DNA of 64,000 nucleotides from Candidatus Fervidifonticultor secundus (GTDB lineage: Bacteria; Sysuimicrobiota; Sysuimicrobiia; Sysuimicrobiales; Humicultoraceae), in NCBI GenBank assembly GCA_031459385.1, contig JAVKIP010000003.1, positions 1 through 64,000 on the forward strand, read 5' to 3'. Positions within the stretch are counted from its first letter, which is position 1. Every line of letters begins with the position of its first letter. This document shows positions 1 to 9,474 of the stretch, piece by piece. The notes beneath the pieces were generated by a model. It had not been told where the DNA came from, made no database searches, and saw nothing but the letters and a program-made list of their open reading frames with translations. The translations under genes were made by a program, and so were the position numbers.

Positions 1-958
1 GGTTCAGCACATGGGTGTAGATCATGGTCGTGCTCACGTTCCGGTGACCGAGCAGTTCCTGGACCGTGCGGATGTCGTGTCCGTCCTCGAGCAGGTGGGT
101 GGCAAACGAATGGCGGAGGGTGTGGCAGGTCGCGCCCCTGGCAATCCCGGCGCGCCGTGCGGCCTCCCGGACCGCCCGCTGGAGCACGGTCTCGTGCAGG
201 TGGTGGCGGCGCCGCTGGCCGGTTACCCGATCGAGGTAGAGCCGGGTGGCGGGAAAGACCCACTGCCAGCCCCACTCCCGGCCCGCGTTAGGGTACTTCC
301 GCATCAGGGCTCCGGGGAGCTCGACCCAGCCGGCACCCCGCGTGAGATCCCGCTCATGCTGCCGCCGCACGCGCTCGAGGTGTTGGGCCAGGTCGGCTTT
401 CACAGCGGCGGGCAGCACGGTCACGCGGTCCTTGTCGCCCTTGCCGGCCCGCACGACGATCTGGTTTCGTGAGAAATCAATATCCTTCACCCGCAGACGG
501 GCGCACTCCAGCAGGCGCAGTCCGGCTCCGTACAGCAGCAGCGCCATCAGGCGCGGGACCCCCTGAAGATGGCCAAGGAGCGCCCGCACCTCGTCTCGGG
601 TCAGCACCACAGGGAGCCTCCGGGAGCGCTTCGCGTGCACGAGACCGTCGAGCCAGGGGACGTCCTGCCCGAGCACTTCACGGTAGAGGAAGAGGAGCGC
701 GCTGAGGGCCTGGTTCTGGGTCGAGGCCGCCACCCTGCGCTGCACGGCTAGCGACGTGAGGAACTGCGTGATCTCCGCGGCGCCCATCGCGGCCGGATGG
801 CGCTTGCCGTGGAAGAGGACGTACCGGCGGATCCAGGCGATGTACGCTTCCTCGGTGCGCCGGCTGTAGTGATGCGCGCGGAGGGCGTCCCGCACGCGGT
901 CGAGGAGCCGCGGCTCCGGGCCCGACCGGCCCGCCGCAGGCAGAGGAACGGGTCCCAC
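1..958 (-). CDS. intI: Integron integrase (tyrosine recombinase, IntI type); 3' end runs off the window
   Basis: Manual minus-strand translation from GTG at 958 (GGAG upstream): [31 protein letters not shown]...[15 protein letters not shown]...[20 protein letters not shown]...GKGDKDR...[18 protein letters not shown]...RRHHLHET (IntI-specific insertion)...[39 protein letters not shown]. It is absent from the ORF track because no stop codon lies in the window. Confidence 0.95.
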   Translation of the reverse strand, partial: MGPVPLPAAGRSGPEPRLLDRVRDALRAHHYSRRTEEAYIAWIRRYVLFHGKRHPAAMGAAEITQFLTSLAVQRRVAASTQNQALSALLFLYREVLGQDVPWLDGLVHAKRSRRLPVVLTRDEVRALLGHLQGVPRLMALLLYGAGLRLLECARLRVKDIDFSRNQIVVRAGKGDKDRVTVLPAAVKADLAQHLERVRRQHERDLTRGAGWVELPGALMRKYPNAGREWGWQWVFPATRLYLDRVTGQRRRHHLHETVLQRAVREAARRAGIARGATCHTLRHSFATHLLEDGHDIRTVQELLGHRNVSTTMIYTHVLN

Positions 959-1256
959 GATTGAAGACGCTCCACTACCAGTAATCGTCCCGATGCACGC
1001 TGTGTGTGGGGGCCTCCAGCGTCCAGTTTCGGGGGGAGGTGCGGCGGCCGTCGGTGCTGGGGCGTCGCCAGAGCTTGACGCGTCCGCTCGGTCAGCAGGC
1101 CCGCGGTCTGCGTGCTGTGCACGTCCAAGCACCGCCAGCCGCTGCTCAGCGGGTCTGCAGGCCCACCCGACGCAGAAACCGATAGATCGTGGCCGGCGTC
1201 GGGCGCCAGCCGCCGTGCTCGGGGCGGCCAGCTGCGCAGCCAGCCGGGCCGGGCAC

Positions 1257-1375
1257 CAGCCACTGTTCGACCAGCTGGTTGAGATGCGCCCAGCTCTCAA
1301 CCGCCCGGTACCGGACGAAGAAGTGCTGCTTGAGGTAGCTGAGGGTCCGCTCATCCTTGCCCTTGGGCTGCGGGT
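1257..1375 (-). mobile_element. IS21-family IstA transposase fragment
   Basis: Internal peptide [36 protein letters not shown] resembles the IstA KGKxER segment; flanks are not transposase-like. Confidence 0.65.
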
Positions 1376-1561
1376 CTGTCGCGCGTCGGCTGCGTGCAAA
1401 TCCCCCCGGTCCTTCCCTGTTGCCCCTGCTGCGTAAATGTTTCGGGCTCGAGGGTTGCTGAGCCCCAGCACCTTTGCGGCCCCCTCTTGTCCCGGCGTGC
1501 CACCGCCGAAGACAGCACCAGCAGGTCCGAGGACCCCGTGGGCTATTGCCGTGTGGTCCAG

Positions 1562-1660
1562 ATTGAGGTCCGAACTGTAGCCAGGCAGGAGCAACAGACG
1601 GAGGCGTGGACGATGGCGCGCCACCCAGCGTTTCACCGCTTTGGCCCAATCATAATGGGC
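1562..1660 (-). mobile_element. IS630-family transposase fragment
   Basis: Minus-strand peptide [33 protein letters not shown] resembles the IS630/Tc1 LPxYSPxLNP motif region. Confidence 0.6.
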
Positions 1661-1919
1661 ATCCGTCGCCATGACCGGGCACCCATGGAAGGATGACCGC
1701 GGGGTCCGAATCGGGATCAGCAGAGCAACGGCCAACGGAAGCGCATAATCCCATGGGCAGGTAATCACTGGTGAGCGAGGGGGGTGGTAGGCGCTTTTTT
1801 GTGGAAGAATCGGCGGCCTGCGAACAGCCCCGGCATCCGCCGCTGCCGCTGCGGCGGTTAGACCAGCGGTACCCTGCGGGCGCGGAGCGACGCCAGCGTC
1901 TCGGCGACCGGCAACGCCG

Positions 1920-2604
1920 GCATCGCACGAGCCGCGCTCCGCCGGCTGGCCGACCGCGGCCAGAAGGCGGCCGACCGGCACGCCGGCGACGACGAGGTCG
2001 CCCGGGAAGCCGAAGTTGGGCACCGTCAGGATGCCGACCCGGTACCCGGCGTCGGGCAGGACGCGCGAGGCCGTGCCGACCCCCGACTTGTAGCCCAGGC
2101 ACCGCATGCCCACGCCCGCGCCGACGCAGCCCACCTCCACCGGCCCGTCGCGGGCCCCCTCGATGGCCGCCACGACCTCCGCCTCGCCCACCGCCCGGAG
2201 GCGCGCGTCGCTGAGGTATCCGTCGAAGCACTCCAGCACGACCGGGTTCACGGTGTCGCGGAGGCCGAGCTCAGGCCGATGCCCCAGCATGTACGAGATC
2301 AGCGCGTCGGCCACCCGTGGCACGTTCAGCGTCCTCGTGATGAGGATGGGCGTCTCGAGCGTGCCCAGCTCGTCGATTTACAGCAGGCCCACCGACTTGC
2401 CGTAGCCGTTCAGGCCGGCAACAGCCGCCGTCCGCTTGTCCTGGTAGGGGTCGCCCTCGCCGGGGATAACGGCCGTCACTCCCGTGCGCAGGTCCCCGTC
2501 GGTCAGCGAGACGTGGCCGATGCGCACCCCTGGCACGTCGGTGATGGCGCCAGCGGTCCCGAGGGCACGATCCCCAGGTGCAGGAACTCACGAGCGCGCG
2601 GCAT
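1920..2604 (-). pseudogene. P1/DmpA (peptidase S58) aminopeptidase pseudogene
   Basis: MPRARE..LG...[frameshift ~2550]AITDVPGVRIGHVSL...RTGVTAV...NGYGKSVGLL*(TAA ~2378)[17 protein letters not shown]...[15 protein letters not shown]...[23 protein letters not shown]...VPNFG; the C-terminal part is lost. Confidence 0.85.
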
Positions 2605-2989
2605 GGCGTCGAACGCGGTCAGGCCCCGCCCGGGCACCGCCTTATGGTGAGGGCGGGCCCGCCGCGAACCTCTCCATGACCGCCTGGCGCGCGCGCCGGG
2701 GGCCCGCCGGCGCGCGCTGCGCCCGCGTCCGCTGCGTGACGCACCAGGTCCTGCCAACCGCTGCCCGACCCTTCAATGCCGCTCGCTTCGTGGCCATGCC
2801 GCTTCTCCTCGCGGTGTCCCCTGGAGCTGCCTGCCTCGCGCGCCGACTGCCGGCACCGCGGGACCGGCAACGCCGCGCGCCGGAGCTACAGGAGTCCGGG
2901 ACCTGTCTTCGGAATACTGGCCTGCAGCCGCAGGCTGACGGCGCCAGCCGCGGGGCGCGTCAGATCACCGAGCGAGGTGGAGGACATCG

Positions 2990-4267
2990 ATGAGGGGATG
3001 CAGGACCGCACTGGCCGTGGTAGTTCTTACCGGGCTCCTCTCCGGCCCGGGCATCGCCGGCCCGGCCGCGCGGGTCGGAGTGCTGATCCACCCGACCCTG
3101 TACCGGGCCACCGGCGGCGAGACGGGTGTCATTCACGAGGTGGCCACCCGCCAGGGATTCCAGGTCGAGGTGGTGACCGCCACCGATCAACTGGTCGAGC
3201 GCGCGACGGTCGAATGGATCGCCCGGTCCGGACGCTTCGACATCGTCACCCTGCTCGACCGGGATCTCCATGAGCGCCACGCCGCGTTCCTCCAGGCGCT
3301 GGACGGCTACATGGAGAAGGTGGGACCCGGGTACAACGCGGGGGACATCATCCCCTCCCTGCTGGCCGCCGGCCGGATCCCCGCGGGCGGTCCCCTGGTG
3401 GGCATTCCGTTTCGGGCCGGCGTGGGCCTGCTCTTCTACCGCAAGGACCTCTTCGAGCAGTTGCGCCTGAAGGTCCCCACGACGCTCGGCGAACTCATGG
3501 ATGCGGCGAAGCGCATCTCCGAGGCCAAGAAGGAGGGAAAGCTCGATGCCTTCGGCCTGGTCCAGCGGGCCAAGGACCCGTTCACGGGGGTCGAGGACTT
3601 CCTCCGGTACGTGTACGCGCACGGCGGCCGGGTCATGGATCCCGCGAAGCGCACCTGCCTGCTGGACCGACCCGAGGGGGTGGCGGCGGAGCGCTTTCTG
3701 GTGGACCTGATCAAGAGCGGCGCGGCGCCGCCGGACATGGTGGCCTACGGTCGTGACGAGCAGATCGTCGCCTTCCAGCAGGGCAGGGTGGCGATGACCG
3801 TTGGCTTCAGCCCCTATTACGGCCTGTTCGAAGACGCCCGCCGATCGGTGGTGGTGGGCAAGACCGGCTTCGCGCCGATGCCCACAGCGCCGGGCGTCCC
3901 GCGGGGCCGGTCCCTGAACTCCGTCTGGTACGTCACGATGGACCGGAACAGCAGGAACAAGGAGGCGGCCTGGAAGATCATCGAGGCGCTGACCGAACCC
4001 GCCAACCAGACCCGGATGGCCATCAACTTCGCCAACGGCCCGGTGCGGACCACGATCTACAGGAGCAGGCAGTACATCGAGGACTTCCCGCTGGCGCCGG
4101 TGGTCCTGGATGCGATGCGGGCGTCGCTGAGCGAGTCCCACGCGCAGTGGCAGCGCATGCAGGACATCATCTTCGAGGAGCACACCGCGGCGCTGCTGGG
4201 CCGAAAGGCACCCGAGCAGGCCGTGGCCGCGATGTGCCAGCGGATGGCGCCCCTGCTGAGCCGCTAG
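2990..4267 (+). CDS. Carbohydrate ABC transporter substrate-binding protein
   Basis: Signal peptide, LFYRKDLF..LKVPTT, FQQGRVAM motifs; GGAGG RBS; followed by two permeases. Confidence 0.9.
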   Translation: MRGCRTALAVVVLTGLLSGPGIAGPAARVGVLIHPTLYRATGGETGVIHEVATRQGFQVEVVTATDQLVERATVEWIARSGRFDIVTLLDRDLHERHAAFLQALDGYMEKVGPGYNAGDIIPSLLAAGRIPAGGPLVGIPFRAGVGLLFYRKDLFEQLRLKVPTTLGELMDAAKRISEAKKEGKLDAFGLVQRAKDPFTGVEDFLRYVYAHGGRVMDPAKRTCLLDRPEGVAAERFLVDLIKSGAAPPDMVAYGRDEQIVAFQQGRVAMTVGFSPYYGLFEDARRSVVVGKTGFAPMPTAPGVPRGRSLNSVWYVTMDRNSRNKEAAWKIIEALTEPANQTRMAINFANGPVRTTIYRSRQYIEDFPLAPVVLDAMRASLSESHAQWQRMQDIIFEEHTAALLGRKAPEQAVAAMCQRMAPLLSR

Positions 4268-4301
4268 CAGGTCGCGCCGGGGCGGTGCCGTCGCGCGTTC
4301 G

Positions 4302-5228
4302 GTGCGCATCCTGCCGGCAGCGCGAGCCATCGACGGGCCGCGGCAGGGCCGTCGCCGGCTGGCCCACGCCGCCCCCCTGCTGCTCCTGGCGCCGACGCTG
4401 GGCGTCCTCGCGCTCGTCACCGTCTACCCGCTCCTGTGGAACGCCGTCCTGGCGCTGCTGCGCTGGGAGCTGACGGCGCCGACCGTCCGTTCCTTCGCGG
4501 GCCTGGCGAACTTCCGCGAGTTGTTCGTGGGACGGTCCATCCCGTTCTGGGACTCGCTGCGGTTCACGCTGCTCTTCACCGCGGCTTCGGTGGCGCTCAC
4601 GGTCGTGCTCGGGCTGGTCGCCGCCCTGCTCGTCCGCTCCGTGGGACGCGGCCGCAACGTCGTCGTCGCCCTGCTGATGCTACCGTACATGATGGCTCCG
4701 ATCGCCGTGGGGTTGGGCTGGCGCCTGATGTGGGCCCGGGAGTACGGCGTCGTGAACTTCGTGCTGCGCGCCCTGGGGCTGCCCGAGGTGTCCTGGCTCG
4801 CCGACCCGACGGCCGCAGTCTGGGCGACCATCGCCACGGAAGTCTGGCGCTCTACCCCGTTTGCGATGCTCATCCTGCTGGCCGGTCTCGCCGCCCTGCC
4901 CGGCGAGGTGTTCGAAGCCGCGCGCATCGACGGCGCGTCTGTCGCACAGGAACTGCGCCACGTCACGCTGCCCCTGCTGGTCCCGTCCCTGACCGTCGTC
5001 GTGCTGTTCCAGACCATCTTCAAGCTGCGCGTGTTCGACCTGATCTTCTCCCTGACCGGCGGGGGGCCCGGGACGACGACGACCCCGCTGGGGCTGCTGC
5101 TGTACCGGACATCTTTCCGGTACTTCGACGGCGGGCTGGCGGCCGCGCTGGCGCTGTGCATGCTGGCGCTCGGCGCGGCGCTCGCGTCCCTCTACCTGCG
5201 CGTGGTCCCGCTGCGCGAGGAGTCGTAG
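4302..5228 (+). CDS. Carbohydrate ABC transporter permease
   Basis: Multi-TM protein, EAA loop FEAARIDGAS, LTGGGPG. Confidence 0.92.
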   Translation: MRILPAARAIDGPRQGRRRLAHAAPLLLLAPTLGVLALVTVYPLLWNAVLALLRWELTAPTVRSFAGLANFRELFVGRSIPFWDSLRFTLLFTAASVALTVVLGLVAALLVRSVGRGRNVVVALLMLPYMMAPIAVGLGWRLMWAREYGVVNFVLRALGLPEVSWLADPTAAVWATIATEVWRSTPFAMLILLAGLAALPGEVFEAARIDGASVAQELRHVTLPLLVPSLTVVVLFQTIFKLRVFDLIFSLTGGGPGTTTTPLGLLLYRTSFRYFDGGLAAALALCMLALGAALASLYLRVVPLREES

Positions 5229-5231
5229 CCC

Positions 5232-6059
5232 ATGCCACGGCGGGGCCGGCTGCTGGCGAGCGTAGCACGGGGCCTCGGGCTGGCAGCCTTGCTGGTGCAG
5301 GCAATCGGACCGATCCTGTGGCTGATGCTGACGTCGATCAAGCCGAGGGTGGACATCTTCGCCAGCACGCCACGCCTGTGGTTCCACCCCACGTGGGAGG
5401 CCTGGGTGAAGCTGTTCGTCCACGGCGCATGGCGCGACAACCTGACGAACAGCCTCCTGGTCGCAGGCGGGACCACGCTGGTGACCACAGCCGTGGGCAG
5501 CGCCGCGGCCTACGCGTTTGCCCGGTACCGGTTCCCCTGGCGCCGCAGGCTGCTGTTCGCGACCTTTGCCTCGCGCCTGTTGCCGCCAATCACCGCGGTC
5601 GTGCCCCTGTTCCTGCTGCTCGACCGGCTCGGGCTCATCGATACCCGGCTGGCCCTGGTCGTGATCTACACCGGGCTGGAGCTGCCGCTGGCCATCTGGA
5701 TGCTCAAGACGCACTTCGATCACGTGCCGGTGGAGCTCGACGAAGCAGCCTATCTGGATGGATGCACCCGGTGGCAGACCTTCCGACACGTGACGTTTCC
5801 CCTGGCGGCGCCGGGCATGGCGGCCGCGGCCACGTTCCTGTTCGTCACTGCCTGGAACGAGTTCACTTTCGCCTTCATCTTCACCAGCACCCGGGCGCGC
5901 ACGCTGCCGGTCAACATCGCGCAGACCATTGGCGAGTTCGAGATCTACTGGAACGACCTGACGGCACAGGCCACGCTGATCGTCCTGCCTGTCCTGGTGT
6001 TCGCCCTGGCGGCCCAGCGGTACCTGATTCAGGGCCTCACGGTGGGATCCCTCAAGTAG
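5232..6059 (+). CDS. Carbohydrate ABC transporter permease
   Basis: ELDEAAYLDGC EAA motif, AWNEF. Confidence 0.92.
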   Translation: MPRRGRLLASVARGLGLAALLVQAIGPILWLMLTSIKPRVDIFASTPRLWFHPTWEAWVKLFVHGAWRDNLTNSLLVAGGTTLVTTAVGSAAAYAFARYRFPWRRRLLFATFASRLLPPITAVVPLFLLLDRLGLIDTRLALVVIYTGLELPLAIWMLKTHFDHVPVELDEAAYLDGCTRWQTFRHVTFPLAAPGMAAAATFLFVTAWNEFTFAFIFTSTRARTLPVNIAQTIGEFEIYWNDLTAQATLIVLPVLVFALAAQRYLIQGLTVGSLK

Positions 6060-6085
6060 GCGGCGGTGGTCGCGGGAGGATGGGG

Positions 6086-7471
6086 ATGGTGCGGATCATC
6101 GGCACGTGGGATGTCGTCGTCGCCGGCAGCGGCTCTGCGGGGCTGGTGGCTGCGGTGGCCGCCGCCCGGGAGGGGGCGCGGACGCTGCTCGTGGAGCGCT
6201 ACGGCTTCCTGGGGGGCAATCTGACGGCCGGGATGCTCGGGAACTTCCTGACGTTCCACAACATGCGCGGCGAGCAGATCGTCGGCGGGATCCCCCAGGA
6301 GATCGTCGACCGCCTGATGGCCCGCGGTGGCTCGCCCGGCCACCTGCGCAACGCCTACGGGAACGCCTACAGCGTGACGCCGTACGATACCGAAGCAATG
6401 AAAGCTGTGGCGCTGGAGATCACCCAGGAGGCCGGGGTCGAACTGCTGCTGCATACGTTCATCACCGACACCCTGGTCGAGGACCGGCGGGTGCGGGGGC
6501 TCCAGGTGGCCAACAAGTCGGGCCTCCAGCTCATCCTGGGGCGGACGGTGGTCGACGCCAGCGGCGACGGCGACGTGGCCGCGCTGGCCGGCGCCGCGTT
6601 CGAGAAGGGACGACCCGAAGACGGCGCGACCATGGCCATGACGCTGATGTTCCGCGTGGCGAACGTCGACACCGATCGGGTGGCCGAAGAGGTCCGGCAG
6701 CGCCCGGGGCAGTTCATCCTGGCCGAAGACCCCTACATCGGCAAGAGCCGCGAGGAGGTTGCCGCAGGCATCCGCTCGCTGCACGATGCGCCGTTGCTGA
6801 CGGGCTGGTTCGATCTGGTCGCGATGGCGAAGCGGCGCGGCGAGTTCCACCCCAACCGCCAGCGCGTCGTGATCTCCCTGTCGCCGCGGCCCGGCGAGGT
6901 CTACGTGAACTCCACCGCCGTCGTGCGCTACGACGGCACCGACGCGCGACAGCTGACCGCGGCAGAGGTCGAGGCCCGCCGGCAGGTCGACGTGGTGTTC
7001 ACCTTCCTCAGGCGCTACGTGGCCGGGTTCGAGCAGGCGGTGCTGGCCGAGGTCGCGCCCGGCATCGGTGTCCGGGAGACGCGTCGCATCCTCGGCGAGT
7101 ACGTCCTGACCCTGGAGGACGTCCTCGAGGGCCGCACCTTCCCCGACGGTGTCGCGAAGGGCGCCTACGCCGTCGACGTACACGAGCCCGACGGGACGAT
7201 CTGGCACAAGCACGTGAAGGACGGCAGAGCCTACGACATCCCCTACCGGTGCCTGGTCCCCCGGGACGTTGACGGCCTCCTGGTCGCCGGACGCTGCATC
7301 TCGGTCTCGCGCGAGGCGCTGGGCAGCACGCGGGTCACGGCCCAGACGATGGCCGTCGGGCAGGCCGCCGGCACAGCGGCGGCGCTGGCGGCCAAGGAAG
7401 GCATCGAGCCGCGGCGCATACCGGCCGGAGTGCTGCGCACGACGCTGGCGGCCCGGGGGGCCATTGTCTAG
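6086..7471 (+). CDS. FAD-dependent oxidoreductase (FAD_oxidored family)
   Basis: DVVVAGSGSAG, ERYGFLGG, VDASGDGD, GVRETRRI, YDIPYRCLVP, VAGRCIS; GGAGG precedes ATG 6086. The 1011-aa track ORF is an over-extension. Confidence 0.9.
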   Translation: MVRIIGTWDVVVAGSGSAGLVAAVAAAREGARTLLVERYGFLGGNLTAGMLGNFLTFHNMRGEQIVGGIPQEIVDRLMARGGSPGHLRNAYGNAYSVTPYDTEAMKAVALEITQEAGVELLLHTFITDTLVEDRRVRGLQVANKSGLQLILGRTVVDASGDGDVAALAGAAFEKGRPEDGATMAMTLMFRVANVDTDRVAEEVRQRPGQFILAEDPYIGKSREEVAAGIRSLHDAPLLTGWFDLVAMAKRRGEFHPNRQRVVISLSPRPGEVYVNSTAVVRYDGTDARQLTAAEVEARRQVDVVFTFLRRYVAGFEQAVLAEVAPGIGVRETRRILGEYVLTLEDVLEGRTFPDGVAKGAYAVDVHEPDGTIWHKHVKDGRAYDIPYRCLVPRDVDGLLVAGRCISVSREALGSTRVTAQTMAVGQAAGTAAALAAKEGIEPRRIPAGVLRTTLAARGAIV

Positions 7472-7596
7472 CAGTAGACTCGGGCGAGAGCCTGGGCGGT
7501 GACCAGCCAGCGCTGGACCAACGCCGTCCCTCGTATGCGCCGGCGCGAGGTCTCCCGCGGTCCGACGGCCTTGGCGAGGCGGCTCCGGAAGTCATC

Positions 7597-8460
7597 CTAC
7601 ACTGCCCGCTGCCGCAGGCCCGGATTCAGCCAGGCTTCGAAGTCCTGTCCGATGATCGCCAGGGCCAGGGTGACGGCCGCGATCGCCAGGGCCGGCGGCA
7701 GCGCCCACCAGGCCCACGCGGTACCTACGAACAGCAGCGGATAGGCGAACGCCGTCTGCAGGATCATTCCCCAGCTTGGCTGCGTGGGGTCGCCGAGCCC
7801 CATCAGGGCCAGGACCGCTTCCATCACGATCGCCCACCGCAGCGTCAGCAGGAACTTCGTCCACAGCACCGGCAGGATCTCCGGCAGCACGCACGCGCGA
7901 AAGACGCGCATCTCCGTAGCACCCAGCGCCCGGGCCGCTTCCACGTAGTCCCGCTGGATGGCCCCTGCGACCTGGGTGCGCACCACGCGAGCAAATGCCG
8001 GCCAGCTCAACACCGCCAGCGCCGCCACCAGTTGCGTCGGCCCCGGGCCCAGCAGGGACACGATCAGCACGATGACCGGCAGGTTCGGAATCGCCATGAG
8101 CCCTTCGGTGGCAGCCAGGAGTGGCAGCCGGGCAGGCCGCCAGAGGACCGAGAGGGTCCCCACGGCTGCCGACAGCAGCGTCGAGCACGAGGCGGCCAGG
8201 AACCCTACTGCCAGCGAGCGCCTGGCGCCGTGCAGCAGCAGGCTGAGCAGGTCCTGGCCCAGGTCGTTCGTCCCCAGGCGGTGCGCCCCCGACGGCGCCT
8301 CGATCGGCGCCCCGACGATCGCCCGTGGAGGATACGGCGCAAGCGCGCCGGCAACCAGCGCAACGAGCACCGTCCCGGCCAGGACTCCAGCGGCCAGCAG
8401 CGACGCGGTGGGCCGCCACAGGCGTCGTCGAGGGAGGGCCAGGGGAGCGACCGCGCTCAT
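7597..8460 (-). CDS. Ni/peptide ABC transporter permease (DppC/NikC-like)
   Basis: HRLGTNDLGQD, YVEAARALGA, PSWG; last gene of the hydrogenase operon. Confidence 0.9.
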   Translation of the reverse strand: MSAVAPLALPRRRLWRPTASLLAAGVLAGTVLVALVAGALAPYPPRAIVGAPIEAPSGAHRLGTNDLGQDLLSLLLHGARRSLAVGFLAASCSTLLSAAVGTLSVLWRPARLPLLAATEGLMAIPNLPVIVLIVSLLGPGPTQLVAALAVLSWPAFARVVRTQVAGAIQRDYVEAARALGATEMRVFRACVLPEILPVLWTKFLLTLRWAIVMEAVLALMGLGDPTQPSWGMILQTAFAYPLLFVGTAWAWWALPPALAIAAVTLALAIIGQDFEAWLNPGLRQRAV

Positions 8461-8479
8461 CCCCGCGGCTGCCGCCTCC

Positions 8480-9469
8480 TCAGCCCTGTGCCTGTCGAAT
8501 CCGGGGGTCGAGGAGGCTCGCGGCGAGGTCCAGGGCTACGTTGACCGCGACGATCACCACGCTGGCCACCAGGAAGACGCCCTGCATCACCGGGTAGTCG
8601 CGCCGGACCACCGCTTCGAACAACAGCAGGCCCATGCCGGGGTACGCGAAGATCCGCTCGACCAGCGCCGCGCCTGTGATCGCAAACGCCAGGCGCAGCC
8701 CGAGCAACGTGAGGACCGGCGGGAGCGCGTTGCGCCACGCATGCCGCAGCACGCCGGCTGTCCCCAGGCCCTTTCCCCTGGCCGTCAGCAGGTACCGCTC
8801 GCCCAGCACATTGGCCAGGGCGTTCCTCGAGAGGAGGAAGAACGCCGGGGTCAGACCGGCTGTCAGTGTGGCACCCGGCAGGGCCGCGTGCAGGAGGAGA
8901 TCCCGCGCCGCGGCCAGCGGCCCTCCGATGCCCGAGACCGTCAGGAACGGCGTCATGGCGCCCCCGACGGGCAGGAGCCGCAGGCTGGTCCCCAGCAGGA
9001 CGATCAGCGCCATTGCCACCAGGAACTCGGGCAGGGCACCCAACCCGATCACGAGCGGGCCGAACAGGCGCGTGCCGATGCCGTCAGGTCGCCAGGCGGC
9101 CGCGGTTCCCAGGGCTATCCCCACCACGGCCGCGATCAGCACCGACGAGCCCACCAGGAACACGGTCCACGGGAGCCGCTCCGCGATCATCTCCACGACC
9201 GGCCGGTGCGTGGCCAGGGATCGGCCCAGGTCGCCGCGGGCGAGCCCGCCCAGGTAGCGGAGGAACTGCTCGGACAGCGGCCGGTCCAGGCCGTAGGCCC
9301 GGCGGATCTCCTGGAGCGTGCCCGAAGGCAGGAACGCACTGGTGGCCTCACCCGCCGCGCTGCTCAGCGGGCTTCCCGGCAGCAGGCGCGGGAGCAGGAA
9401 GTTGACCAGCACCAGCGCCCCGAGCAGGGCCGCGAACCGGCCCAGATGCCCACGGGCGGCCGCGCTCAT
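8480..9469 (-). CDS. Ni/peptide ABC transporter permease (DppB/NikB-like)
   Basis: YGLDRPL..QF..Y, GDLGRS, TARGKGL, FAYPGMG, RDYPVMQG. Confidence 0.9.
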   Translation of the reverse strand: MSAAARGHLGRFAALLGALVLVNFLLPRLLPGSPLSSAAGEATSAFLPSGTLQEIRRAYGLDRPLSEQFLRYLGGLARGDLGRSLATHRPVVEMIAERLPWTVFLVGSSVLIAAVVGIALGTAAAWRPDGIGTRLFGPLVIGLGALPEFLVAMALIVLLGTSLRLLPVGGAMTPFLTVSGIGGPLAAARDLLLHAALPGATLTAGLTPAFFLLSRNALANVLGERYLLTARGKGLGTAGVLRHAWRNALPPVLTLLGLRLAFAITGAALVERIFAYPGMGLLLFEAVVRRDYPVMQGVFLVASVVIVAVNVALDLAASLLDPRIRQAQG

Positions 9470-9474
9470 GGAGA

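Noticed and set aside
11..751. Plus-strand ORFs 11..472 and 569..751
   Set aside because: Antisense shadows of the integron integrase on the minus strand
1815..1865. GTTAGAC near 1857 as a possible attC/attI core site
   Set aside because: No complementary RYYYAAC inverse core, no convincing imperfect hairpin and no cassette-like ORF
2642..2797. 51-codon minus-strand ORF with GAGGAG RBS upstream of the peptidase pseudogene
   Set aside because: No recognisable motif; probably a decayed gene remnant
4436..7471. 1011-aa ORF, and other very long ORFs such as 32634..35684 and 61512..63881
   Set aside because: Alternative-frame or antisense artefacts of high GC; only 6086..7471 of the first encodes a real domain
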